Source: Oikopleura dioica
Lineage: Eukaryota; Animalia; Chordata
Assembly: GCA_907165135.1 (NCBI GenBank)
Contig: OU015568.1
Location: forward strand, 13,020,001-13,084,000
DNA length: 64,000 bases
Direction: 5' to 3'
Position numbers and translations under genes: made by a program. The notes beneath the pieces are model-generated. The model was given only the letters and a program-made list of their open reading frames with translations, made no database searches and had not been told where the DNA came from. Position 1 is the stretch's first letter, and each line of letters opens with the position of its first letter. Below are positions 48,933 through 61,232 of the stretch, in pieces.

Positions 48933-49388
48933 CAGGGTGGAACGTTGGGGCAAAAAAATTGAATTTGGCCGCCCGATTGCCCGCCCGATTAAAATTTTCT
49001 TTGTCGGCGCCGTCCGATTGCCGACCGACTTTTTGCCCGCTTGATTTGCCCGGGCGCCGACTTTTGCCCGGAAATTTAGGCAACCCCCAAACCAAAAAAT
49101 ATGTAAATTTATTGAAGAAAAAGGATTATTTTGTATCCCGAAGGAAGAAGGGCACTCATGGAGAACCGAAACCGGACATTTTAAATAAAATTCCAGTATT
49201 TATGTCCCTTTAGATGTCATTTTTTCTTCTGGGCGCCGACTTTTTTTCCGGGCGCCGATTTTTGCCCGATTGCTCGACTTTGCCCGATTTTTACCTCGTA
49301 AAATCGAGCCTTGCGCCGCCCGATTTGCCCGCCCGCCCGATTTTTTGCCCGGTTTGCCCGACTTGCCCGGTCCCAACGTTCCACCCTG
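48933..49388. mobile_element. 456-bp MITE with 17-bp TIRs and 7-bp TSD
   Basis: Perfect TIR CAGGGTGGAACGTTGGG / CCCAACGTTCCACCCTG. CTAAAAC is duplicated at 48926-48932 and 49389-49395. GCCCG-rich subterminal repeats. Confidence 0.9.
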
Positions 49389-49512
49389 CTAAAACAGTAT
49401 GATGCTCTCTTTACAGAGCACTTACCGAAGCCATGTAAATATGCACAATGTAACGCAATGAGCTCTTAGAAAGAATTGTAAAGGTGTTCTTTTGTGAAGA
49501 CGCGTTTTTAAG

Positions 49513-51191
49513 AAAGAATTGGAAAGAAAAGTCGACGAACTGGCGGCTGAAAATAGAGAACTGCTGACTTTTGTCGACGAGAGCGTACGAATTGCGGAAG
49601 AATTCAAACAGAAAGCGTTCTTGATGGGAGAGAGCTTGGAGAAAGACGCACAGCTGATTTACGCAAGAGCTTTGTACGGTGAGATCTCTTGAACCAAGAT
49701 TCTATATTTTGATTGACTTGATTAAGATCACTCATCGCGTGATCATCAAGAATTAAGTCTTTCGAAAGATGAAATTATCATTATCGAAGGCAATATCGAC
49801 GATGACGGATTTTACTCGGCTAAGAATTTTAAAAAGCAGAGCGGACTTGTACCTTCTAATTTTATTCAACTACTCCAAATTGAAACTACTCCTTTGTAAA
49901 GGTTTTAGAAAGATATTTACTATAAGTTATAGTCTATAACAAGTGTTATGTTGGTATATAAACATTAAGACACAGATCTTTACAAACAACTTAACAATCT
50001 AAAACCTTATGTAGTCGCACTTGTTGTCAAACCTTTGTATAAAATATATTGGCGATGGAAGATTACGCCTAAGTGGAAAGCTTCAAAGAAATTCTTTTAT
50101 TCTTATTTCTCAGAAAGAGAGCTTCTCTCTTTTATCCGGTCCATCTATCAGTACGGTGCTTCAAAACTCCGCAGGTTTGAAAGCTCACAAATTAAATTTT
50201 ATTATCCTCTTTAGAACTTATTCGAGTTCTGGAACTCCAGTCCGACGATCAAACAGTACTCAAGGTGTCTAAACCGATCAGTCTGACGGAGAGAGAACCC
50301 TTACCCTTCAAAATAGTCCCTTCTACAACATCGGCAAGAGTCATTCTACCAGAAATGGAGAATGACTTTCATCTGCATCTCAGAGCATCTAGTTTTCAAC
50401 AAATTGTAACACTTCAAAAAGGAACCAAAGAACATGAATTCAAAGATCTAAGCGAGGAGACGTCGTATACAATCGTCTTTGGAGGTTATTCTTATGTCTT
50501 CACAACTGTCAAGAGAGAGACCTTGTCAAGTTACTCGTCCGGAGAGACAGACGAAATAATCCCTCAGCTAAAGAATCTACGAGGATGTCTCGAAGGAAAC
50601 CTTTTAACGATAGAATGGGACGAGTATGAAAACGCGAAAGAATATAAGGTGAGCTCTAAAGAATGAACTTTTGAGCAACCGTGAAATTTACCTGACCAAA
50701 GCTGATTTCCTGGTTAAAAACCTCAAAAAGGCTTCTAGCTGTACACGCGCGATGGAACAGAGCTAGTTGGTACGGTGAAAGAAGGAAACGCCACGAGCCT
50801 CGAGATTAACTACGATGTTAACACGGAAGCTCAACAAGCGCTCTACATGGATGTGACGAACATAAAAGGATTCTCATCCTTGAAAACCAAAATTCCGATA
50901 ACGATGATAGTTAGAGCACTTTTCGACTATATACCAGGTAATGGAACCTAAAGAATATTGAATATTCTGACGCGTTAAGAGTATTTCAAATCTCAAGGGA
51001 TGATGTTTTATGAAATAATATATTTAGAAACAATGAGTCCAAATTCGGATTACACAAGAGAGTTGGCGTTTTCAGAAAACGAAGTCCTATCAGTCCGCTT
51101 GCCTGTTGATAAAGACGGATTCTATTTCGGAGAAAAACTTGAAAATAAAATGCGAGGCTTAGTACCTTCAAATTTTGTACAGCCCATTTGA
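49513..51191 (+). CDS. RIM-binding-protein-like coiled-coil/SH3/FN3-like/SH3 protein; 5' end unresolved
   Basis: SH3 ARALYD...DDDGFY...GLVPSNF, a middle FN3-like region (LTIEWDEYENAKEYK), and a second SH3 VRALFDYIP...ELAF...DKDGFYFGE...GLVPSNFV. Confidence 0.72.
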
Positions 51192-51560
51192 TAAATCTGT
51201 TTACTTTGTATTTACATTCCTGCCAAGAAAGAATAAAGGATAGTTTGAGATAAAATATATTTTACTTTGATCAGGACAAAATGAAGAAAACGGAAAAAGG
51301 ACGGTGAAGTCAATGAGGTCAAAAATAGATCAGTGAAAAACAGCAGTGATAAGAATATCAGTTTCGAAAGATAAGAGGGTTCAGGAGGTGCTTGTAATGG
51401 ATAAGAGTGTTTTTGATTTCACGGCCCTGAGGTCCAGGGAGATAGAGCAGGTGATTGAAGACAGTAGATCATGTATAAAAAAACATAGATTGAAGGGTTG
51501 TTATAATTGGTTTATCTAAATTTAAGATTCTTAGCTCAGATTGGTGAGTTGAAAGTGCAT

Positions 51561-52944
<1,384 letters not shown>

Positions 52945-52952
52945 CTGAAATA

Positions 52953-53515
52953 GATGAATGAAAATGGCATTCTCGGGACCAAATCCTGACCTCCTTGTTT
53001 CTTGTGCTTATCTGAAAGCCCATGATCTAAGGAGTCGAATGGTATATAACTTAGGGTCTTAGTCATAGATAATGACGTCATTTTGGTCGAAATAAGGGCC
53101 TTATGGGGGAAACCTATGTAGTGCCATAACTTTTTATTGGACTTATTAGTTACGTTGATTTTGGGCTCATTCGATAGAGGAACTCAAGATCTAGGAGCTA
53201 TAAACCATGGTTAACCGACCGGTTTCAAAATTTTGACCACGTGGTTTACCGGGTGGTTGACCGCGATTTTCCCCTCCCGACCTAGATCTCGAGCTGCTCT
53301 TTCTAATGAGCCCAAGATAAATATACTTTTATAAGCTCATTTAAAAATTAGAGCACTACATAGGTTTTGACCAAAATAGGTAGCCCTATGACGTCATAGT
53401 TGATGACTAACACCCCTTACCTATACCATTCGACTCCCCAGATCACGGGCTTTAAAATAAGCACAAGAAACATGAGGGTCAGGTTTTGGTCCCGAGAATG
53501 TCATTTTCATTAATC
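52953..53515. mobile_element. Foldback/MITE: 563-bp imperfect full-length palindrome
   Basis: The arms AATGAAAATGGCATTCTCGGGACCAAATCCTGACC... and ...GGTCAGGTTTTGGTCCCGAGAATGTCATTTTCATT pair along almost the whole length. AATA flanks both ends (52949-52952 and 53516-53519) as a candidate TSD. Confidence 0.85.
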
Positions 53516-53592
53516 AATAGCCAAAAACAGTTTTTCTCTGAGAACTGGACTGAATAAATAAAGTGGTCTCAATGGATACACAGGAAGGATTT

Positions 53593-54570
53593 CTATCGCT
53601 TTTTTCCTAGAGAAGCCAAATATTTCCCCATGACTTTCTGTTTCTCTGTTTGAACGACAGTTTTAGTGCGAGCAAAGAGTTTTTGTCCTTTCGGAGATAA
53701 TCTGGCCATTAAAAAGTTATTGGTTTAGTTCCTAAAGCAACACGTGAAAACAAATTTCCTGAGTATCGGGATCCAAAAGTTGATCGACTCCACTTTTCGT
53801 ATTTTCGTCTCTGGTTTGTAAAAATTGTCGCAAAAGTGGACCTCTGATAAGTTTTTTGGTGATTGCTCGTGCTTGATTCGGGATTTTGATCATTTGCTCA
53901 ACTTCTTTTCTAGCGAGCGCGTGGAGCTCCTCGGGATTATCTGCTAGAATATCAATGAGTCCAGCTTTGTGAGCTTCTTCAGCATTGTAAAGGCGAGCTG
54001 TTCCAAGGGCGAGCTCGGCCTCTCGATTTCCAACAATGGATTGGAAAGTTGACATTACAAAAGTGGGAGTTACCATTCCAAGCATCGGAGCTGAATACCC
54101 GATTTTGCCCTAGAAGATAGTTTCAAACAGGAGATTTACGAGCTCTTGTTTACCTTTGTATTTCGAAGCATAAGTCTCCTGTCCGCTGTACAGGCGATCA
54201 AGCAACCTCCTGCAATTGCAGCCCCGTTGACAGCGGCCACCATAGGTTGATCCAAGTTGTAAAGAGTGAACCACGAATCTTGCAATAAGCGCCAAAAATC
54301 TTCCATCTCATCTCGTGGCTTATCGTGGAGCTGCTTGATATCAAGCCCCGCGCAGAAGATGTTCGGCTTGTGAGATTGAACGATGAAGCCTTTGACGCCG
54401 TCTTTGGCGCATTGTTTCACGCCGTCGATGAGCTCTGGCATCAGAACTCGGTCCATCATGTTGACCTTTCCATTGTCAAGAGTGATAGTAGCAACTCCAA
54501 GCGCATCAACATCAATGGAAGTTGCTCTTCGAGCAATAGCACTGCTCAATCGAACACCCTGGCGGAGCAT
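53593..54570 (-). CDS. ECI1: Mitochondrial enoyl-CoA delta isomerase 1 (crotonase fold)
   Basis: IFCAGLDI, WFTLY, AAVNGAAIAGGCLIA and AGLIDI. The last exon KVMGKYLASLGKKR is joined by a GA-AG intron at 53758-53638. Confidence 0.88.
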
Positions 54571-54903
54571 TCTTAGTTGCTTACTTTTTTTAAACTTGAA
54601 TAACTCCCAAAGACAACACCGGTTATAAAGACTCGAAAATCAAAATATCATCCGGAAATACTTTTATGCCAGAAGATTCAAACGATGTCGCGTTTTAGCA
54701 CCTTGGAGATTATGCTCCCCTGACTCAGGATTTTTGCGAGAAAAAATTTTCTGACTCATATCAAAATTTGAAGACACATTTCTAATCGGAAATTTTGAAT
54801 TTATTATCAGTTTCAATGAGTTTTTTACAGTAAATGTCGATGAACGACTTCAACTGGACAAATAAAGGCAATTCGAGGTAGGTTACAGACTATGAGAATG
54901 TGG

Positions 54904-56077
54904 TTATTTACAGGATCTTTTGTTGATGCTGAATCCTCCAAGCATAATGTGGAGCGCATCGGATGACTTAGTCGCTCTACTTTTCTTCATTTGCTTGCTG
55001 CGTTTGGCTGAATCTCGCGACGAGCCCCAGCCCTGCCAGACTTTGTCGGTTCTTTTGAGGACTATTCCGACGGAGCTAAAGTTTTTCTCCGACGGAATCA
55101 AGTAGAAACTTCCTTGGCAGTCAATGGTCATCGACTTCTTTCGCATCAAGCCATAGTAGAGAAAGTCGTAATCGATTAAAAATGGAATGTTTGGAGTCAA
55201 CTTAAAGTTTTTTTAGACGGAAAGTCCTAATAATGAAATCCTTACGCTATAAGAAATGCTGAAGATGTCCATTTCCAAGCTTCGGTCAAGAAATATCTGG
55301 CGATTGATTTTGTTGAATATCCATTTTAGCAATGCATTTTGATAGCTTTCTCGATCGGCAGGCTCTTGAGAAAGGACAATAAAGCGTGCGAGGCAGCCAA
55401 ATCTATTGATGATTTCGGAAGCAGCTTGTTTTCGCTCGAGAAGGACAGACCTCCACCAGCTTGTTGTCTTGTCGAGGAAGTTTTCAGAAAGGTACCATTC
55501 CTTTATTAGAGCTCTGACTTTTCCTTACTACGACATCTTATTTCAGACTTAAAATCCTAAGTTTTGGTATTCAAGAGATCGTAGCTCCTTTCCTTTTCCC
55601 CTTTGATCATTTTAAATGTGAGCTTCTCGAGTAATTCTTTGGGGATATCACATGGGCTTGGAAATTTTTCATCTGGGCTATTGTCGGCTGGAAGAAGTTG
55701 AAATGAAAATGGCTGGTCCTCTGTAAATGTAATTAATCGCTCTTCGTCGTCGTATTGGAAGAAGAGGGACTTTTGCTTCTTTACGCAGTCAGGCAAGAAG
55801 TGAACACCGAGGATGTGGTTGAGGGCTTTTTCGATTACTTGTTCCTCGGCGAGTTCTGTGAGTTTTACTGAGCCTTGGGACTTGATGCTCATTCGCCAGG
55901 AAGTAATCAGTTTGATCGCGCTTGAAATGGAAAATAGAAAAAGACATTCAACTGAGTACTTACTCATAAAATGGGATAGTCTGTTGTTCACTGCTCTTCA
56001 AGTACTTGCAGAGGAAGGCTTCTATGAAATCACAGACAAAATCGCTGTATACCTCTTGTATTCGAGAATTTCGCCAT
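54904..56077 (-). CDS. Hypothetical protein, multi-exon
   Basis: ATG at 56077, then phase-compatible GT-AG splices into ORF 55557-55991 and onward to ORF 54904-55200. No family recognised. Confidence 0.55.
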
Positions 56078-56156
56078 TCAGGCGCTTTGGACGTCACTCC
56101 GAGAAATGGGCTCAACATTCTCTAAAAATAAGAGGTTAACTACGGACACGGTCTGT

Positions 56157-59037
56157 TTAATTGAGCTTGCGCCTTTTCTTGGCAGGAAGAATAGGGTTTG
56201 TTCTGCGTTCAGAATCAGAATGAGCAAACGGGCATGTTTCAGCAGTACGGACACATCCTTTTGAGGAGTATTTGATGAAATTACAAAGTTGCGTTTTGAA
56301 CAGATCAGGATTTGGCGTCCAAGAATCGGGAGAGTCGACTTTCCAGTCTCGAAGACGGACTTTCCCTTTCTAAGAAAAATGGTTAAAATAAATCGATAAA
56401 TCTTGTTTCAGAAATCAGTACACATCTCACCTCAACATAAATCTATGACCTCAAATTCATTTACGGTGTGTTCTTTCAAATGACCTTGGATCTCTTTGAT
56501 TAACATTCCTGAACCTTTGCATGGACGTTGAAATTCGTATAGAATCACTTTTTTCAGGAGAATGCTATTGTCGTAACTGTAGTGGCCCTTTTTCTTCCTT
56601 TGTTCTTCAATGAACTTTAAAGCAATCTCTTCCATCTCGATGTACTTCAATTCAAGACTAGTTATTATTCTTCGTAGAAAACAGCAAAAGCCCCTGATTT
56701 CGAGCTTCGAGTTCATCACTTCGGATCCAGGCATCGGGCACGGACTCGGCCTCCAAAGCTTGATTGTCATGATGTTTGAGCATTCTGGGTTTAGGTACTG
56801 CTTGAAATCGATGGAGGAGAATTTTTCGGGCTCATCTTTTTTTCTATCCATGATCACCAATGAAGAGCCACATTGAATGGGAGCTACTTCTGTGGTGATG
56901 ATTTCACTAAAAATTTCATGTAATCACAATACTTATAGAGAGAATTTCTGAACTTACAATTCATATTCATCGTCTGATTCTTCGACAATTTGCAGCTTGG
57001 GTTCATCGACATTGTCGTTCTCTATTTGTTGAACTACTATTTCCAAGCTTTTTGAAATTTCTTTCTCGTATGGATTTGTTCTCGCCATTTGTGTACAAAC
57101 CAATTTCGCTGATTAGTTTTTTTTTTCTCTCACGCACGAACTGCTCTGGGGAATGCAGATTTTGGCCGTTTTCGTTATGCCTGGGTTCTCGCTAGATGGC
57201 GGGTTTCAAAGCGCCAGCGGCAAGGTCATGTGAAAGATCTGATTGGATAGGATAAGATGTGTACTGATAAGAAACGAAAAAATGCGTAAAATCAGCATTT
57301 CCCGCGCTTACTTGGACATGAAACAGCTGCTTGTTATTTTTGATCAGGGTCTGGAATCCTCCGCATTCACTTTTGAGCAATCCTTTCTCCTCGGCTGTGA
57401 AATTATCGACGAGTGTCGAGATCGATAAAGAGGGGTTCTCTCTGGCTATTGATGATTCCAGATCTTTCACAATTCTTCCAATGAATTCATCGCGTTTGCT
57501 CTTGTCGAGGTTCTGACAGTTTTTCAGTCTTTCTGAGATTTAACAAAGGTAAAGGTTAAATATTAAAATGCATTAGATCAGCAAGATGATAGATTGCTTC
57601 GACCCTTTTTTATAAAACTCTCCTCAGCTCTTCAGAAACGTCTCTCGGGACAAACCCTTTATTGGCCTTGTTTCTTTTCTCTTCAATAAACTCTTCCAAG
57701 CGAGGAGTAACGGACCCACTCTTGCCGACGAAACAAATGCGCTTTGTTGAAGGGATTCGCATGGCATCCCACTGGGTCGTTCCATCTCCAAGCTCGCATA
57801 TCGACCTTAAAACAGTTGCTGCTCAAATAGGCCAAGTGAAGATAAATATTCATTTCTGTTTATCGCTACATCTAGTGTCTTACCTCACGAAGGACAGGTA
57901 ATTCAAATACTGGGACTTCGCCTGGCCAGAATTGTTCCACTTTCCAAACAGATCAAACATGCAACAAGGGAGGAGCCAAAAACTGGCATTTGATCTGGCC
58001 GCAATTATCGGTACCCAAGGCGTAAGCTCATCCGTGTGATTTCCTAGAATCCAGTTTGACTCTGGAAAGCTTTCTTCTGGTAGAACCGGACGTTCTACGA
58101 GTTTTGACGTTGGAAAATTCGACCAAATCGCTCTTTTGCGAATGTCTATTCCGTAACCAGAGTGGCCTTCTAAGTTGAGAAGATGGACCAACAATCCGTT
58201 TCCGCAACCGAGATCAACGAATTTCGCATCTTTGTGAAATGTTTATCCGGAATATCGGCAAAGTATTATTTTACCTTTGACGTCAAGTCTTTCCCAGAGC
58301 GCTAATAAATAGGAAGCGATTGCTATGTCTTCGAAAACGAACTTTTGGGGGTCTGTGACTTCCGGCCAATCCTTGACCAAGTCCAATCCGTACTTGCTCT
58401 TCATCCTGTTGTAAATCTCTTGATACCGCGGTTTGTCAACAAGGCTGAGAGTTTCGGGAAACCCCTGTGCTGCAGCGGTATTTTCAGACAGTCCATTGGC
58501 GAAAATGGAGCTCAGTTTTGGCAACAGTATTGATTCGAGCCAGTTCTTCTTCTGAGCCGGATGAGGAGGAATTTCTGTCAATGCAGTCCATTCGAGTGCT
58601 ATCTCTTCATTCTGCAGAAAAAGTGAATACCTTACATTTTTGGTCTGAATTGGGTTCCTATTTGCCTCGAATAAAAACAGTTCTATGAAAAAGTGAGCGG
58701 AAAAAGGAGATTTTATTGGGGGCAATATCGGAACCCTTTCTCAAATGTAACTTTCCCCAGATCGTGATTTATGGCTTCAATCAGCGGGCCATGCTTGTCC
58801 GATTTCGGAAAAAGTGTCCGTTCGCCGTTTTCGGGATCATATTTGCAGCTGGATATGCATTTTAAAAACGCATTCGGCTTCCTTTGAACGGCTGAAAATT
58901 GCAGTTATTGAAAAGGGAATCCCTCATGAGCAAATTTGAATAAATATTTTTATATAAATTAATTATTTAGCCATTTTCCTTATCCAAAGCTGAATCGCAT
59001 TATCCCAGTCAGACATTTCGGACATTTTCTCTACCAT
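56157..59037 (-). CDS. TRMT44: tRNA (uracil-O2)-methyltransferase with C-terminal CCCH finger
   Basis: TDPQKFVFEDIAIASYL, FVDLGCGNGLL, GNHTDELTPW, LPCC, MRIPSTKR and SECGGFQTL. The last exon 56369-56157 encodes KGKVRLRDW...FKTQLC...GC...CPFAH. Confidence 0.9.
56432..57088 (-). CDS. Orphan ~201-aa protein nested on the same strand in the last TRMT44 intron (exons 57088-56958, 56906-56432)
   Basis: Own ATG, a 50-nt GT-AG phase-2 intron, an open frame through ORF 56432-56860 and a stop. It lies wholly within TRMT44 intron 57311-56370. Confidence 0.6.
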
Positions 59038-59535
59038 TCTCTAGATTTCAAAGAGATTCGGCTCGCTATGAATTTCCACGCTTCCTGATTGGTCAGCGAG
59101 GGAAAGCCTGCTACGTGCGCCCTGCCCTCACTAACCATCGGGCTTTCTTTCCTCCTTGATTTCAGTTCGCAATTTTTTCTCAGTGTTTTTGGTGCCGTGG
59201 CAAACATGTGTCTGAACGAACTTGCATCAGGATGATTTTACAGTCATTTTAAAAATCTTACCCTCCGTCACAATCTAATTTCATACGAAAATAAGTCCTC
59301 AAATAGGTATAAATTTCCAATATAACGCATTTTCGAATGAATCAACACGTAGAACTTGTTTTGGTTCCTGTCATTACTGATGAAGATAACAAGTTCTTGA
59401 TTGGGGACGAGCGATGACGTGATCGAGGAGACTCTCTCCCCTGCAGCTTATCACCATCGCGCTCCTTTGCAAGCTCCTAAGGGCCGATCGTGTTCACACT
59501 GTTGTCAGAGACATTGTCAGAAAAACCAAGTCAAG

Positions 59536-60954
59536 ATGCCCAACTTGAACACGGCCCGATTTACCGGTGAGGAGGATCTTCCCAACCTCGAGCAGCACAA
59601 CAACCACATGGCTCATGTGCTCACTCTTGATCTCTACAAGAACCTCCGACAGAAGCAGACTCCCTCTGGATTCACCATCGATCATGTTATCCAGGAATGG
59701 AGAAAAATTTTATATTTATTTACATAAGAAAGTCATATTGTTTTCACGATGATTTTTATCCATCTTCAAGACCGGTGTCGACAATCCCGGCCACCCCTTC
59801 ATCATGACTGTCGGTGCCGTTGCTGGTGATGAAGAATCCTACGAAGTTTTCGCCGATCTCTTCGACCCCATCATCGAAGCCCGACACAACGGTTACCAGA
59901 AAACTGACAAGCACAAGACTGACCTCGACTCCTCCAAGATCAAGATGGACGCCCCCTTTGACTCCAACTACGTTTCTTCTGCCCGAGTTCGAACTGGACG
60001 ATCTATTCGGTAATAATTTCTTCAATTATGATTTCAAACAAAATATAGAGGTTACGCCCTTCCCCCCTGGTGCACTCGAGCCGAGCGACGACAGGTCGAA
60101 GCCGTCGCCTGCGAAGCTCTTGCTAAGCTCGATGGTGAGCTCAAGGGCAAGTACTACGGTCTTTCCAACATGTCTGAGAAGGACCAGGATCAGCTCATTG
60201 CTGATCACTTCCTCTTCGATCGACCAGTTTCTCCACTTCTTACTTGCGCTGGTATGGTAAGTGTCTTTCTACCTCCTTCAGAATTTAAACTTGGATAGGC
60301 CCGAGACTGGCCCGACTCCCGAGGTATCTGGCACAACGACAAGAAGAATTTCCTCGTCTGGGTCAACGAAGAAGATCATCTCCGGGTCATTTCTATGCAG
60401 AAGGATGGTGACATGAAGGCCGTCTTCTCCCGATTCTGCGACGGTCTCAAGAAGTTCGAATCCAACCTCCAGGAAGGTGGCTACGAAATTATGTGGAACG
60501 AGCACCTCGGATACATCCTCACTTGCCCATCTAACCTCGGTAAGAGTAAATAATTTTCGAGTTAATTTACAGCTATCTAGGAACTGGTATTCGAGCTGGT
60601 GTCCACTGCAAGCTTATCAACCTTTCCAAGCACGCTCGATTCGAAGAAATCCTTACCAAGCTCCGACTCCAGAAGCGAGGTGCTGGTGGTGTTGACTGCG
60701 CTGCTGAGGGTGGTGTAAGTATCCTACGAAATACGCGTTTCGTATTTTAATCCAATCTTAGGTTTATGACATCTCCAACGCTGATCGACTTGGTTTCTCT
60801 GAGGTTCAGCTGGTCCAGATGGTCATCGACGGTGTTAACTTCCTCATCGCCATGGAAAAGAAGCTCGAAGCTGGAGAAAAGATCGATGGTGAAGTTGACC
60901 GACTCCAGCAAAAGGTGAGAGAATTTTTTTGACGAATAATCAAATTTTCAGTAA
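59536..60954 (+). CDS. CK: Creatine kinase (cytosolic type)
   Basis: HNNHM, VIQ|[57 protein letters not shown] and DISNADRLG. The paralog subtype is not assigned. Confidence 0.95.
59695..59770 (+). other. Non-canonical GA-AG intron (creatine kinase, 76 nt)
   Basis: Removal restores the invariant [12 protein letters not shown] motif. Confidence 0.88.
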
Positions 60955-61232
60955 ATTTCCTAAAATCAAATAAACGATTCCTACGACGTTAATAATGCCG
61001 CGTGACCGTATGTTCTGTATAAAGCTATAATAATATTTTACAAGAATCTGTATATTTACTGTTAGGTTTCGAATAAAATCACAAAAAGACAAAAAGTTTG
61101 TTATTGCATTTATCCCCATTTATTTATTTCACGAAAGCAAAGAAAAAGAAAAAGGCACGCGCGGAAAGCTGATTTGTTTTGTCGAAATGAACGGAAGGAA
61201 CATAGCGCAGTTGCTAAACATTGGTCGCAGGC

